Shown piece by piece: positions 51,096 through 63,308 of a DNA stretch of 64,000 nucleotides (within the stretch, counting starts at the first letter, position 1; each line of letters begins with the position of its first letter). This DNA is from Octopus vulgaris (Eukaryota), in the NCBI GenBank assembly GCA_951406725.2, contig OX597822.1, positions 81,840,001 to 81,904,000 on the forward strand, given 5' to 3'. Under the pieces are notes generated by a model. That model made no database searches. It worked only from the letters and a program-made list of their open reading frames with translations, and had not been told where the DNA came from. The position numbers and the translations under genes are program-made.

Positions 51096-51460
51096 GGAGT
51101 GGCTGTGTGGTAAGAAGCTTGTTTACCAACCACATGGTTCCAGGTTCAGCCCCACTGCATGGCACCTTGGGCAAGTGTCTTCTACTATAGTCTCTGGCCA
51201 ACCAAAGCCTTGTGAATGGATTTGGTTGGTGGAAATTGAAGGAAGCCCATTGTACATATATATATATGTGTGTGTGTGTGTGTTTGTGTTTGTGTTTGTC
51301 TCCCCACCACCATTGCTTGACAACCGATGCTGGTGTGTTTACGTCCCTGTAGCTTAGCAGTTTGGCTAGGCTTACAAAGAATAAGTCCTAGAGTCGATTT
51401 GTTTGATTAAAGGCGGTGCTCCAGCATGGCCGCTGTCAAATAACTGAAACAAATAAATGA
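50813..51460. mobile_element. Two oppositely oriented family B SINEs separated by (TA)n
   Basis: Minus-strand tail half at 50813-51045; plus-strand copy at 51090-51460. Confidence 0.8.
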
Positions 51461-51942
51461 AAAAAAAAAAAGAATATATATATGATGGGCTTCTTTCAGT
51501 TTCTGAAGCCATGTGGCTGGGAAACAAACTTCTTACCACACAGCCATGCCTGTGCCTCTGTTTGTGTGTCTATGAATGGCAGTGAGCTGGCACAATCATT
51601 AGCATGCCAGGTAAAATGCTTAGTGGTATTTCATCAGTCTTTACGTTCTGAGTTCAAATTCTGCCAAGGTCGACTTTGCCTTTCATCCTTTCAGGGTTGA
51701 TAAATTAAGTACCTGTTGCATGCTGGGGTCGATCTAATCGACTGTCCCCTCCCCCAAAATTTCAGCCCTTGGGCCAAGAGTAAAAAAGAATGAATGAATG
51801 AATGAAGAAGAGCATCTCAACCATAGAAACCATACCAGAACAGACAATAGAGGCCAATGCAGCCCTTGGCCTTACTAACTCCACTCGACCTGTCCAACCC
51901 ATGTCAGCATGGAAAACAGGTGTTAGATTATGTTATATATAC

Positions 51943-52345
51943 AGGAAGGTCAATTGGAAGGCCAGTCTTGTGCTTCAAAGACAATCTGAAGCAATGCAAC
52001 ATTCCCTTTTTTTCCTGGGAAAACAAAGCATCAGAATGCAGGACCTGGTACCGGTCTTGCTTCTTCTCAGTTCAAAGATTTGAGCAGTCAATTCCAACTC
52101 TGGGACCAACTTTGTGCAAGTATGAAATTGTACTTGCATAACACTGCTCCTCTAAATGGAAACCTTACCTGTCATTGTGGTTTTGTGGCATGAAGCAAAA
52201 TAGGCCTAGCTGTCCACTCAAGAAAACACCTAGCAAATGATCCACAAGCACTCCAGCAAACTGAGTCCTCAACTTGTTCTATCTGCCAAAAGGTTTGCAA
52301 GGCACCAGCAGACTTCAAGAAACACGTTCATGCTCAGAGAACGTA
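51943..52345 (+). mobile_element. Decayed RTE-like LINE C-terminus with Cys/His fingers
   Basis: GRSIGRPVLCFKDNLKQCNI..WE..A..R..W, then CHCGF..GLAVH and CSICQKVCK in broken frames. Confidence 0.6.
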
Positions 52346-52417
52346 ATTAACGCTTTATTTTACTGAACTCTCATTTGTCATTCATAGCAAGAGAATCGAT
52401 CATCATATATATATATA

Positions 52418-52968
52418 TGAGCCTCACAGAGGCAATGACAAAAAATCGAGACCTTGGAGGTATGCTGTAACTGAGAAGACCCGGCAAATAAAGTGAGTTC
52501 ACAGCTGTAACCTACACCAGTGCTGCATAACCAGCCCACTCAAAAGTACCTTAGATCATAGAGTGACATACCATACTTGAGGACCTATTGAGTCAAATAC
52601 ATTGACATAACATCAATATCGAAATCAAATCAAATGGAAATTGTAGCTGTAATCCCTCTGCTGGTAGCATGTAAAAAGCACCATCTGAACATGGCCGATG
52701 CCAGTGCTGCTTTGACCGGCTTCTGTGTTGGTGGCACGTAAAAAGCACTATCCGATCGTGGTCGATGCCAGCTCGTTTGGCCCCTGTGCCGGTGGCACGT
52801 AAAAAGCACCCACGACACTCACGGAGTGGTTGGCATTAGGAAGGACATCCAGCTGTAAAAATACTGTCAGATTAGATTGGGGCCTGGTACAGCATCCTGG
52901 CTTCCCAGACCCCAGTCAAACCATCCAACCCATGCCAGCATGGAAAACGGACATTAAGCAATGATGAC
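52418..52968 (+). mobile_element. RTE LINE 3' end (ORF end plus 3' UTR)
   Basis: CTCACAGAGGCAATGAC..GACCTT.GGAG.TATG matches the LTEAMT..DLWRY end of 5715-6190 and continues into the common tail. Confidence 0.8.
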
Positions 52969-53085
52969 ACACACACACACACACTGATTAGATTCATGTA
53001 TATTTATATACAGTTTTATAGTGATAATGAGTGGTAAAATATCTGTCTTTGTGTGTGCTTAGAAACTTGACAGGCACACCAACAG

Positions 53086-53117
<32 letters not shown>

Positions 53118-53795
53118 GAGAGATGGAGATGGAAAGAGAGAATATGTAGCACTGTGCTTATATATAGCTTCTCTAAATTGGTACAATTTGTACTTTGTTT
53201 ATAGAATATATATATATGAGAGCAGGCATTGCCCAGCTTATTTCTCTAGACAGTTGCTTCTCTTATTATATATATACATATATATAAAAAGCATATTGAT
53301 TGTATTCAATTACTGGCTATTTACTCTATTTTCTTTTCATATATTTTTTCTATATTTCTCTCTTTTTCTTTTTATTCTTTCTTCTCTGCTTTTTCTCCCC
53401 ATTTTGTTCCCTTTCTCTTCACTCACTCTCTCTCTCTCTCTCTCTCTCTCGCTTTTCATATAACAACATATTTACTATAATGTCTATCATTACTGCATCA
53501 TTTTCCATCAATTGTTGCTGTGGTGAGAATGAATGGGCCTGAGGATAAATCATTGAACTACAAACTCACAGGTCATGAGTTCAAAACCTCCTTGAAGGTT
53601 CTTCATTATATTTTAGGGCAGGCAACATCTAGTTTACTTGACTCTTGAGAATAGGTATCTGCTTATCTGAGAATATTTCCTGTGATAGATTAGTTATTTT
53701 TCCAATGATAGTTTTTCCCATTTGCATAACACCATGAAAGCTGAGCTAAACACAGACTTTCAAGGTTTCTCTCAGCACCTTGGAAATATTACATA

Positions 53796-55100
53796 CAGGG
53801 TGGGGCAGAGACGATGGACGTTTTTGAAATGGCTATTACTCAGCCCCAGGGGGAGGGACATATGTCTGAGAGGTACTATTCGGTCTGTGGTGTCTTAGCA
53901 TTTTTTATTTTCAGGTGAAACCATGACACTGTGTATGATAGAGCATCGTTTGTTTACCTATGACAGTTTCGTGAAGAATAACAAGTCTGTCACAGCAATT
54001 CAGCGTGAGTTTAGGCGCCACTTCAACATTCACCGAAATCAGGCTGTTCCCACTCGTAACACAATATTATGTTGGATGAATGCACTTTGTACATGAGGTA
54101 ACAAATAAGACTGGTGGAGGCACTATGAACAGTGCACGCCTCGGAAAATGTGGAACACGTCAGATCAGACAAGCTTTGATGCGAAATCCGAATCGCTCTG
54201 CTCGGAGACATTCCACTGAACTTGGCATTGGTAATCAATCTGTAAGGCGTATTTTGCCATGAAGACCTGCATTTCCACCTGTACAAATTGGTCATTGGGT
54301 AACAGTTGAAACCATGAGACTATGCATAACTTTGCACATCAGATGGAAGCGATTTTTGAGGCAAATGACAACCTCGTTTTGTTGATGAGTGATGAAGCTC
54401 ATTTTCATCTCAATGGCATGGTGAATCAACAGAACTGTCGTTATTGGGCTCTTGAAAACCCAAGAGAACTGCACGAAGGACTGCTGCTCAGCCCAAAAGT
54501 GATGGTCTGGTGGACTGTTGGAAAAACTGCTGTCATTTGAAGACAATAATGGAAATGCTGTTACTGTGAATTCCGAGCATTACATCGTGATAATAAACAA
54601 CTTCTTTGTGCCTGAATTACGACAGAAACTTATGCCTATTCGACGTGTGTGGTTTCATCAGGATGGGGCCCACACAGCCAGAACATCAAGGGATGTTCTT
54701 TGCCCTCTCTTTAGTGACCACCTCATTTCCAGGTTTGCTGACATTCCTTGGCCCCTCAGTCCCCTAATTTGCCCATGTGTGGTTATTTCTTGAGGGGAAA
54801 CCTCAAGGCAAATGTGTATGTGCATAAGTGCCATATGTTGGATGATGTGAAGGAGGCTGTTTGCATGGAAGTTGCCCAAATCGACAGAGCTATGCTGGAG
54901 AGAATGGAGACCAATTTCCAAGAACACTTTCAGAAATGCATCAATGAAAACGGACATCACATGATGGATGTTGTTTTCCACATTTGGTTTTGACAATTAC
55001 TAATTCGATACGAACACATTGATGTCAGTAAAATGTTTGCAGGTAAAATTAATGATCTTGTGAATTTTTCAAAGACGTCCATCCTCTCTGCCCCACCCTG
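53796..55100 (+). mobile_element. Full-length decayed Tc1/mariner-superfamily transposon (rosa/DUF4817-type transposase, pseudogenised)
   Basis: TA|CAGGGTGGGGCAGAGA..GGACGT and ACGTCC..TCTCTGCCCCACCCTG|TA; SDEAHFHLNG.VN.QNCRYWA.ENP, WFHQDGA and SPNL motifs with stops and frameshifts. Confidence 0.9.
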
Positions 55101-55391
55101 TAGTAAGATATGGTAGTCTTGTGAGTTGATAGAATCACTACTGCACTAGAGAAAATGCTGAGTGGCATTTCTTGAGGTTGTATGTTCTCAAATCAAGCAC
55201 ATGGCTATGATGCTCCCCAACCTACTGCTCGTGACCAAAGATGCACATATCATCACCAACCAAGGAACATGCTTCAGTGGATAAGGTCAAACAACTGACA
55301 AGCAAATTGGTGGTATTGAGCAGAATATTTACTGTAGCCCATCTTTTATACCAAGACAAAACATGAATGTATTAACACTTCCAATCAGAGC

Positions 55392-55445
<54 letters not shown>

Positions 55446-55532
55446 CATCGTTATTATTATTATCATCATCACCAGTTGAACACTGGGGGTCAATGTAATT
55501 GACTCGTCCTCACCCCTAAAATTGCTGCCCTT

Positions 55533-55895
55533 ATTCTTTTACTTGTTTCAGTCATTTGACTGCAGCCATGCTGGAGCACTGCCTTTAGTCGAACAAATTG
55601 ACCACTAGACTTATTCTTTGTAAGCCTAGTATTTATTCTATTTGTTGCTTTTGCCAAGCCGCTAAACACACCAACATCGGTTTTCAAGCGATGGTGGGGG
55701 TACAAACACAGACACACAAACACATATAAATATGACGGGCTTCTTTCAGTTTCCATCTATCAAATCTACTCACAAGGCTTTGGTCAACCCGAGGCTATAG
55801 CAGAAGACACTTGCCCAAGGTGCCACGCAGTGGGACTGAAGCTGGAACCATGTGATTGGCAAGCAAGCTATTTACCACACAGCCACTCCTGTGCC
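55533..55895 (-). mobile_element. SINE family B
   Basis: Near full-length reverse copy. Confidence 0.85.
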
Positions 55896-55935
55896 TGTGG
55901 AAAAATTTGAAACCATTATTATTATTATTATTATT

Positions 55936-56347
55936 GCTTTTGCACAGCTTCTAATGCTGGAGATGTACTACGGTGTCAGCTGTTCACTACCAGTCAGTTA
56001 TGGTAACACCTCTTATTTTTAAAGCACCTTCTGGAATATTCGAGCAGTTCCAAGCAGTGCTGTTTTCTGCAAGTACACCACCCTTATTGCAGCCCCTATT
56101 TGTTCCACGTAAATTCTCAAGATTTTTGCTCACTGTTCCCAAGGCTCCGACAATTATTGGTACTACTGCTACCTTTTCCATTGACCACAACTGCTTAACT
56201 TCCCAAGCTAACCTGTCATATCTCTCGACTTTTCATTCTTCCTTATCACATACCTTGTTGTCAGCTGGGCATGCTATATCTATGATCCAGCATAGTTTGT
56301 TTTCTTTCTCAATTGAGACTATCCCTGGCTTCCTATTCTCTATCTCA
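55936..56347 (-). mobile_element. R4/Dong-like LINE 3' fragment (restriction-like endonuclease end)
   Basis: KPGIVSIEKENKLCWIIDIACPAD, VAVVPIIVGALGTVSKNL and LQKTALLGTARI motifs; flanked by (ATT)n. Confidence 0.75.
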
Positions 56348-56496
56348 CTATTATTGTTATTATTATTATTATTTACTGAAATTGACCTTGCCTTTCATCC
56401 TTTCACAGTAGATAACATAAGTACCAGTGAATCACTGGTTCAATGTAATTGGCTATCCTTTTCCCCAAAATTTCAGACCTTGTGCCAGAAAGGATG

Positions 56497-56562
<66 letters not shown>

Positions 56563-56806
56563 TCCCCACTTTTCTGGTTCTATCCTGGCCAACTTCGTTT
56601 TTGCATACCTCTGGGCTTGATGAAATAACTACTTGCCAAATACTGGGGACAGTTTTAATTGACTTTCTCTTCTCAGGATCTGTACCGTTGTGTCAGTCAA
56701 TGCTAGAAATCATTATTAAGATTAGCTATTGGCCTTTTTCAGTCTTGACCACTACACCACCTCAATTCAATATTAATCAGGTGAATATATTGGTTCATTT
56801 GCTTAA

Positions 56807-57026
56807 CTCTTTCGTTACCAACCTGGCTGAAACCGGCTCCGGCTCTGAGTATAAATGTCTTGTTTTCATAAGTTTTGAATTAAAATCTTCCACCAAACCT
56901 TAGTCACAATTTATGTTCCTAACACTAGCTTAATGATAACCAAGTTATTTTACTAAATTCTCTGTTATATTTAAAGTAATTGAAAGAAACACAGAACATC
57001 TCAAAATAAGTACAGCAATGAACGTG
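56807..57026. mobile_element. piggyBac-like MITE
   Basis: TTAA flanks; collinear with 45826-46043. Confidence 0.85.
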
Positions 57027-57134
57027 TTAAATATGTAAATTCCTCTTTTGTTTGAGTATGTGGACTTGTGCTGGATATTAATAGTGTATAACCACCCCAT
57101 GTAAGAGTACTCTTCAATCATTAGGCAATAAATT

Positions 57135-57513
57135 GTTCTTGCAAAGACCTGTTGAGGCAAGTGAAATCGTAGTGACCGATGACAATATCACCTGATTAGC
57201 ATGTAAAAAGCATCATTCAAGCGTAATCATTGCCAGTGCCACCTGACTGGACTCCTGTGCCAGTAGCATGTAAAAAACACCATTTGTGCATGGTTGTTGC
57301 CAGTGCCACCTGACTTGCTCTTGTGCTGGTGGCACATAAAAAGTACCCACTACACTCTCAGAGTGGTTGGCGTTAGGAAGGGCATCTATCTGTAGAAACT
57401 GTGCCAGATCAGATTGGAGTCTGGTGCAGCCTTCTAGCTTGCCAGACCTCAGTCAAACTGTCCAACCCATGCCCACATGGAAAACAGAGATGGAACAATG
57501 TTGATGATGATGA
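57135..57513 (+). mobile_element. RTE 3' UTR tail
   Basis: Same tail family, (GAT)n end. Confidence 0.75.
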
Positions 57514-57833
57514 TATATTTGTATCTTACTGAATAAGCATAAATTAAAGTGTGTATATCATAAATCGGAGACAAAAGCTAAAACTACCGTACCAATGCAT
57601 TTATTGTCCCTTACTGTCCCCTTTATTGCTTACAAAGACGAGTGTTTCAAAAGTTTCATAAAACACTCAGAGCTGGTTGAATTATAAGCAAATCAAAGCC
57701 TAAGTTCACTACTTTCTTTTTTGGACTGTTGGTATACTTCAGAATGTTGTGTAGTCTCTAGATTGCTAGAGATAGCAACGAAGTCTGCTTTAAATCATAC
57801 CTACCATCTTAAATATAGAAACATACATTAGAT

Positions 57834-58137
57834 CAGCGGTTCTTAATCCATATAAGATTAGGCGGGAGGGTGGGGGGCATGCAAGTAAAATAGTTAATTG
57901 GTTAAGAGTCCATGAAAAAATTTTGCTTTCAATCATATTTATTGTCAGAAACAGTAGGCTTACTTTCTCTGACGTTTGACATACACAAGTTAATGTGTGA
58001 AAAACAAAATGAGAATTTTGAAAGATTTCTCTGTATAATTAGTTTTTAAATATTGAACAGTTATGGAAGTCCAACAGAATAAAATAGTAATCAAAGGGGT
58101 CCATAGATTAAAAAAAAAAATTGGTTCAGAACCACTG
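57834..58137. mobile_element. hAT-like MITE
   Basis: CAGCGGTTCT..AGAACCACTG; perfect 8-bp TSD CATTAGAT. Confidence 0.85.
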
Positions 58138-58149
58138 CATTAGATATAC

Positions 58150-58361
58150 TTTTCTACTCTAGGCACAAGGCTCGAAATTTTTGGGGAGGCGGGGCAGTCG
58201 ATTAGATTGACCCCAGTACATAACTGATACTTAATTTATCGACCCTGAAAGGATGAAAGGCAAAGTCGACCTAGGCGAAATTTGAACTCAGAATGTAAAG
58301 ACAGATGAAATTCCGCTAAGCATTTCACCTGGCGTGCTAACGTTTCTGCCAGCTCACCACC
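58150..58361 (-). mobile_element. SINE family A
   Basis: Head, B-box and core present. Confidence 0.85.
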
Positions 58362-59043
58362 TTCACTGCATTAAATATTATCATTTCAAATTCATTCTTG
58401 CTAACAAAAAAACTAAGATGCTCTCAGCCTACCTGATGGTCTGTAGAATCAGAGTTAGTCGTAGTTATTGGGTTACTGGAATTGGAGTATATAAACGTGT
58501 ACCAACTCTTAACTTTGACTAAATGTAAAATGTAATATGCCACGCAAACATTTCCAATTTCATTCACAGATACTAATTTGACTAATTTCACAGACAATAG
58601 TTTTTATTAGATTGCTTTAGGTGTTCTAGCTTTTAGATTCAGCTTGGATGGACTTTATCTTCTTGATCTGGTAAACAAAGACATTTCTGAGGGTATTTTT
58701 ATTTGTTTGTGGTATTTTTATGGTCTATTTCTTTATCTTTTTACTTCATAGTCTTTTGATTTTTATCAAGTTTGTTTTTAAATTTAAAGTTTTATCTCAA
58801 GTGTAATTGTTTGTAACTTTAAAAAATAATATAAAATAAAAGCGACAACAACACAGCTAAAATCTAGCCTGATGGTTCACATTGGCTATGTATGTTGTGT
58901 GCTTTCAGTCTGTATAAGAAGCATGTGATTAGTCTAATAATAAACAGGGGAGCTGGAGTCAGAACCAGTGGTACTATAAATGGAGGAGTCAACAGTTGAC
59001 GTTAGAGTCAAAGTGTTTGTATCTTGACTCCATATCTGTATTC

Positions 59044-59244
59044 TGCACATTGTCTGGTATAACAGGGCCTCCTTGGTGCACGTTGTCTGGTACAACAGGG
59101 CCTCCTTGATGCACATTGTCTGGTACAATAGGGCCTCCTTGGTGCACATTGTCTGGTACAACAGGGCCTCCTTGGTGCACATTGTCTGGTACAATAGGGC
59201 CTCCTTGGTGCATATTATCAGGTACAACAGGGCCTCTTTGGTGC
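59044..59244. repeat. 33-bp tandem repeat, 6 units (possibly coding on the minus strand)
   Basis: Unit TGCACATTGTCTGGTACAACAGGGCCTCCTTGG, no indels. Confidence 0.95.
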
Positions 59245-59696
59245 TATGCAACAATCTATTTAGAACGGCATTACCTTTGTCTATTTGTAATTAGTTTTGA
59301 CCAATTAAAATTACAATGTTTGTCACATTAAGTGTCAGCACTTACTTTAATAATTAATCCTTAAAGTGCAAAAAGGGTTGCATGAATGTGTGTGCCATGT
59401 GAGTAAGAAACAAAAGATAACTCCTTATCTTAAGGGTTATTTTCATACTTTCACTTTAAATAAGTACAAAAACCATATTACATTCAAGAATTTAATTTCT
59501 GGTCCTCTATAAAATCTGTTTAGTGTGCATTTTTACCTACCAGACAACCAGACAGATGGTGCTGATAAATAAATGCATAAATGACTTAATTGTCCTCTTT
59601 TACATGTATAGGGTTAAGTTATAATTTTGGGGGACAGTTTTGTTTTTCGTTCATTAATTTATTGTTTTAATTTGCTTTGGGAGTGGTTTGGTAGAG

Positions 59697-59966
59697 CAGT
59701 GCTACTCAAAGTGGTACTCTGTGGACCGGTGCCGGTATGCGGCAAGTTTCCAGAAAAGAAAGAAACATTATAAAATGCTTATGTAATATTGTATTATTTG
59801 TTTACAAAATAAACATAAGATAAAAAAAAAATTGTCAACTTTTATTATATTCATTATATATATTGTTTCCGGTGTAAATTAATATTACTAAGAAATATTA
59901 CCTGTCCCTGGCACATTGGGAAAAAAAACTGCCAGTATGCCACATCAGATAGTTTGAGAAACACTG
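59697..59966. mobile_element. hAT/Charlie-like MITE
   Basis: CAGTGCTACTCAAA..TTTGAGAAACACTG; TSD TGGTAGAG/CTGTAGAG. Confidence 0.75.
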
Positions 59967-60121
59967 CTGTAGAGTCTCCTTATGAAATGATTGGTCGAGT
60001 TTTTAAGGTTATGTATTTTGTTTGTTTTATTTATTCAACCTGAATACAGCTCAATTGTTTCTAGTTCTGTTGGGAAAACCACACATTGACATATCAATAA
60101 CTTGCCATAAACTCCAAGCAG

Positions 60122-60161
<40 letters not shown>

Positions 60162-60597
60162 GGAATTATTGCTTTTGTTGTCTGTAAAAGACCAACGTAG
60201 TTTGTCTTTATGTGCAATAATGAAATCTGTTAAATGTTCACGAAATCTGTTAAATGTTGTTCAGTTACTTCTACAACGCAGCCCAAGAAACATATTTTCA
60301 TTCCTTAAGTCATCCTGTCACCTCACAGACCAGACCAGACCAGCCCAGCCCAGCCCAGCCCAGCCCAGCCCAGCCCAACAACCTCCAGGCCAGGACAAGT
60401 ATGGGAAAGTTGTACGGGAAGTCTGTCAGATGGACTCTCCTCTATCAGTGTATCATGTTGGTTTTGCTTTAAGATTTATGTTAAGTATGTAAGTCTATGG
60501 AATACTCAGCCATGTAGACTTGTAATTCAATGTGTATTCAGTTCAATTGATTGTACAACAAAAATGTTAATCAGTGCACTGACTCAGTGCACAATAT

Positions 60598-61008
60598 CAT
60601 CATCATTTAATGTCTGTTTTCCATGCTGGCATGGGTGGAATGTCTTGACAGGAGCTGCACCAGCATGGGTTCTACAGTTAGATGCCCTTCCTAATGCCAA
60701 CCACTTGGGTTGTACTGGATGCTTTTTACATGGAACCAATACCATATATATATATATATATGTATGTATGTATGTATCAACATCAAAATGAAAATCAAAT
60801 GGAAATTGTAATTGTGATACCTGTGCTGGTGGCACATATAAAGCATCCACTTGGGTGAGTGGTTGGCGTTAGGAAGGGCACCCATCTGTAGAAACACTGC
60901 CAGATCAGACTGGAGCCTGGTGCAGCCTCCTGGCTTCCCAGACCCCAGTCGAACTGTCCAAACCGTGCCAGCATGGCAAACAAACGGACATATGACGATG
61001 ATGATGAT
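60598..61008. mobile_element. Two back-to-back RTE 3' tails
   Basis: Minus copy at 60598-60742, plus copy at 60780-61008. Confidence 0.7.
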
Positions 61009-61022
61009 AATGTATATATAAA

Positions 61023-61100
<78 letters not shown>

Positions 61101-61101
<1 letters not shown>

Positions 61102-61508
61102 AAAATAAGACAAGGTAGAAAATGCTAAAATAATTTTATCCTGAGGAACATTTTATTTCTGGTTTCAGTCTTTGCGACATTTTCAACTTAGAGTAAAGCA
61201 TGAAAAACAGTTAAATTGTGGAAAAATTAAATGAAATGTTTTTTTCAAATACAAGGAACATTTTCATTTTTTTCTGTCTGTGTCTCTCTTATATTCTTGT
61301 AAAGGCTTGGTAGAAACAGAAAAAAGGAAAATGTCCCTTGTATTTGAAAACTATGGAAATATTTTTTTAAAAAAACATTTAATTTTTCCACAATTTAATT
61401 GTTTTTCATGATTTACTCTAAGTTGAAAAAGTCGCAAAGACTGAAACCGGTACTAAAATGTTCTTCATAATAAAATTATTTTAGCATTTTCTACCTTGTT
61501 TTATTTTC
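61101..61508. mobile_element. Fold-back element beside (TA)n with a hammerhead-like motif in each arm
   Basis: Arms 61101-61265 and 61328-61508; UUGAAAA-AGUC(GCAAA)GACU-GAAA-CCGG-UA at 61423-61452. Confidence 0.65.
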
Positions 61509-62046
61509 CTTATGCATATCAACTCATGTGTTCCTTTTCAACCTTCAACATATATATATACACAAAAGATCAAAAATCTTCCATCCATGACCATCCAACA
61601 ACATTCTCTCAGGCAAATGCATATATGAAGCTACATTATCCATTGTACTCCTCTTTTCATGAATATCAGGTGAAACTTGAAACTTAGACCGCTATTTCTA
61701 GCATGTTGTATGACTACATAGAGGCTACCTCGTGCTAATTAGCTCGTGAGTTTTTGTTGGTATAAGGAGAGTAACTCTTCAGTGACATGTCCTTGATGCA
61801 GAACAGTTTCTTCCCTTGAATTACTTACCTGACCATTGATTTTTTTTTATAAGCCTTCTTCTTTAATTATTGCTTTTGTTGTTGTTTTTTGTTTTGATGT
61901 CAGCCGATTTCAGTTTGGGGTAACATACTTTACCTGCTTTCGGCTTCTTTGCCAGGCATTTAACTTCAACTTGCTTCAGGGTTTAGGTTAAAGCTATTGG
62001 AATAAGAGTGCTAAACCGTATTTAATTGTGAATATAAGTCACATTA

Positions 62047-62435
62047 TACTCTTTTACTTGTTTCAGTCATTTGACTGCGGCCATGCTGGAGCACCGCCTT
62101 TAGTTGAGCAAATCGACCCCAGAACTTAATCTTTGTAAGCCTAGTACTTATTCTATCTGTTTCTTTTGCCGAACTGCTAAGTTACGGGAACGTAAATACA
62201 CCTGCACCGGTTGTCAAGCAATGTAGGGGGACAAACACAGACACACACACACACACACATATATATACATATGTACAGCGGGCTTCTTTTCAGTTTCTAT
62301 CAACCAAATCCACCCACAAGGCTGTGGTCAGCCCAAGGCTATAATAGAAGACACTTGCCCAAGCTAAGTTATGGCGACGTAAACACACCAGCATCGGTTG
62401 TCAAGCGATGTTGGGGGGGGGGGGAACAAACACAG

Positions 62436-62473
<38 letters not shown>

Positions 62474-62603
62474 GACGGGCTTCTTTCAGTTTCCGTCTAC
62501 CAAATCCACTCACAAGGCTTGCCGAAGGTGCCATGTAGTGTGACTGAACCCAGGACCATGTGGTTGGTAAGCAAGCTACTTACCACACAGCCACTCCTGT
62601 GCC
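62047..62603 (-). mobile_element. SINE family B with internal duplication
   Basis: The middle segment occurs twice. Confidence 0.8.
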
Positions 62604-62927
62604 TATATATTATATTTGAATTTTAACTGAAAACTAGGTGTGACTTATACATGTGGCAAAGCTAAAACTTGGAAGTGAAGAAATTTTGCATCGTGATTTA
62701 ACTCTAAATTAGGTATGCAGTTTATACACCGGTAGAACTGATATGTGTGCACATGTATAAATAAAACAAGACCAATTCCAAGCAGGGATGTAATGACTCA
62801 TTACTTTTGAGTAAGTCATCTCTGCAGCATTTCATATCGTACATCCAAACATATTTCCATATGTAATATATTCAAGTATATAAACAAATACATAAATAAT
62901 ACATACACACACATATATAAAATTATA

Positions 62928-63308
62928 GACGTAGGAGTGGCTGTGTGGTAAGTAGCTTGCTAACCAACCACATGGTTCCGGGTTCAGTTCCACTGCATGG
63001 CACTTTGGGCAAGTGTCTTCTACTACAGCCTCAGGCCGACCAAAACCTTGTGAATGGATTTGGTTGACGGAAACTGAAAGAAGCCCATCATATATATAAA
63101 TGTGTATGTTTGTGTGTCTGTGTTTGTCCCCCCCATCATCGCTTGGCAACTGATGTTGGTGTGTTTACGTCTCGTAATTTAACAGTTTAGTAAAAGACAC
63201 TGATAGAATAAGTACTAGGCTGACAAAGAATAAGTCTGCAGTCGATTTGTTTGACTAAAGGCGATGCTCTAGCATGGCCGCAATCAAATGACTGTAAAAA
63301 TAGAATAA
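62928..63308 (+). mobile_element. SINE family B
   Basis: Full length; another head starts at 63844 and runs off the window. Confidence 0.85.

Noticed and set aside
59044-59244. CRISPR-like array
   Set aside because: Units are contiguous with no unique spacers, there are no cas genes, and the context is eukaryotic
60325-60378. (CCAGA)n/(CCAGC)n giving a PAQPS repeat in a 156-aa ORF
   Set aside because: Pentanucleotide microsatellite; the ORF also runs through (CT)n
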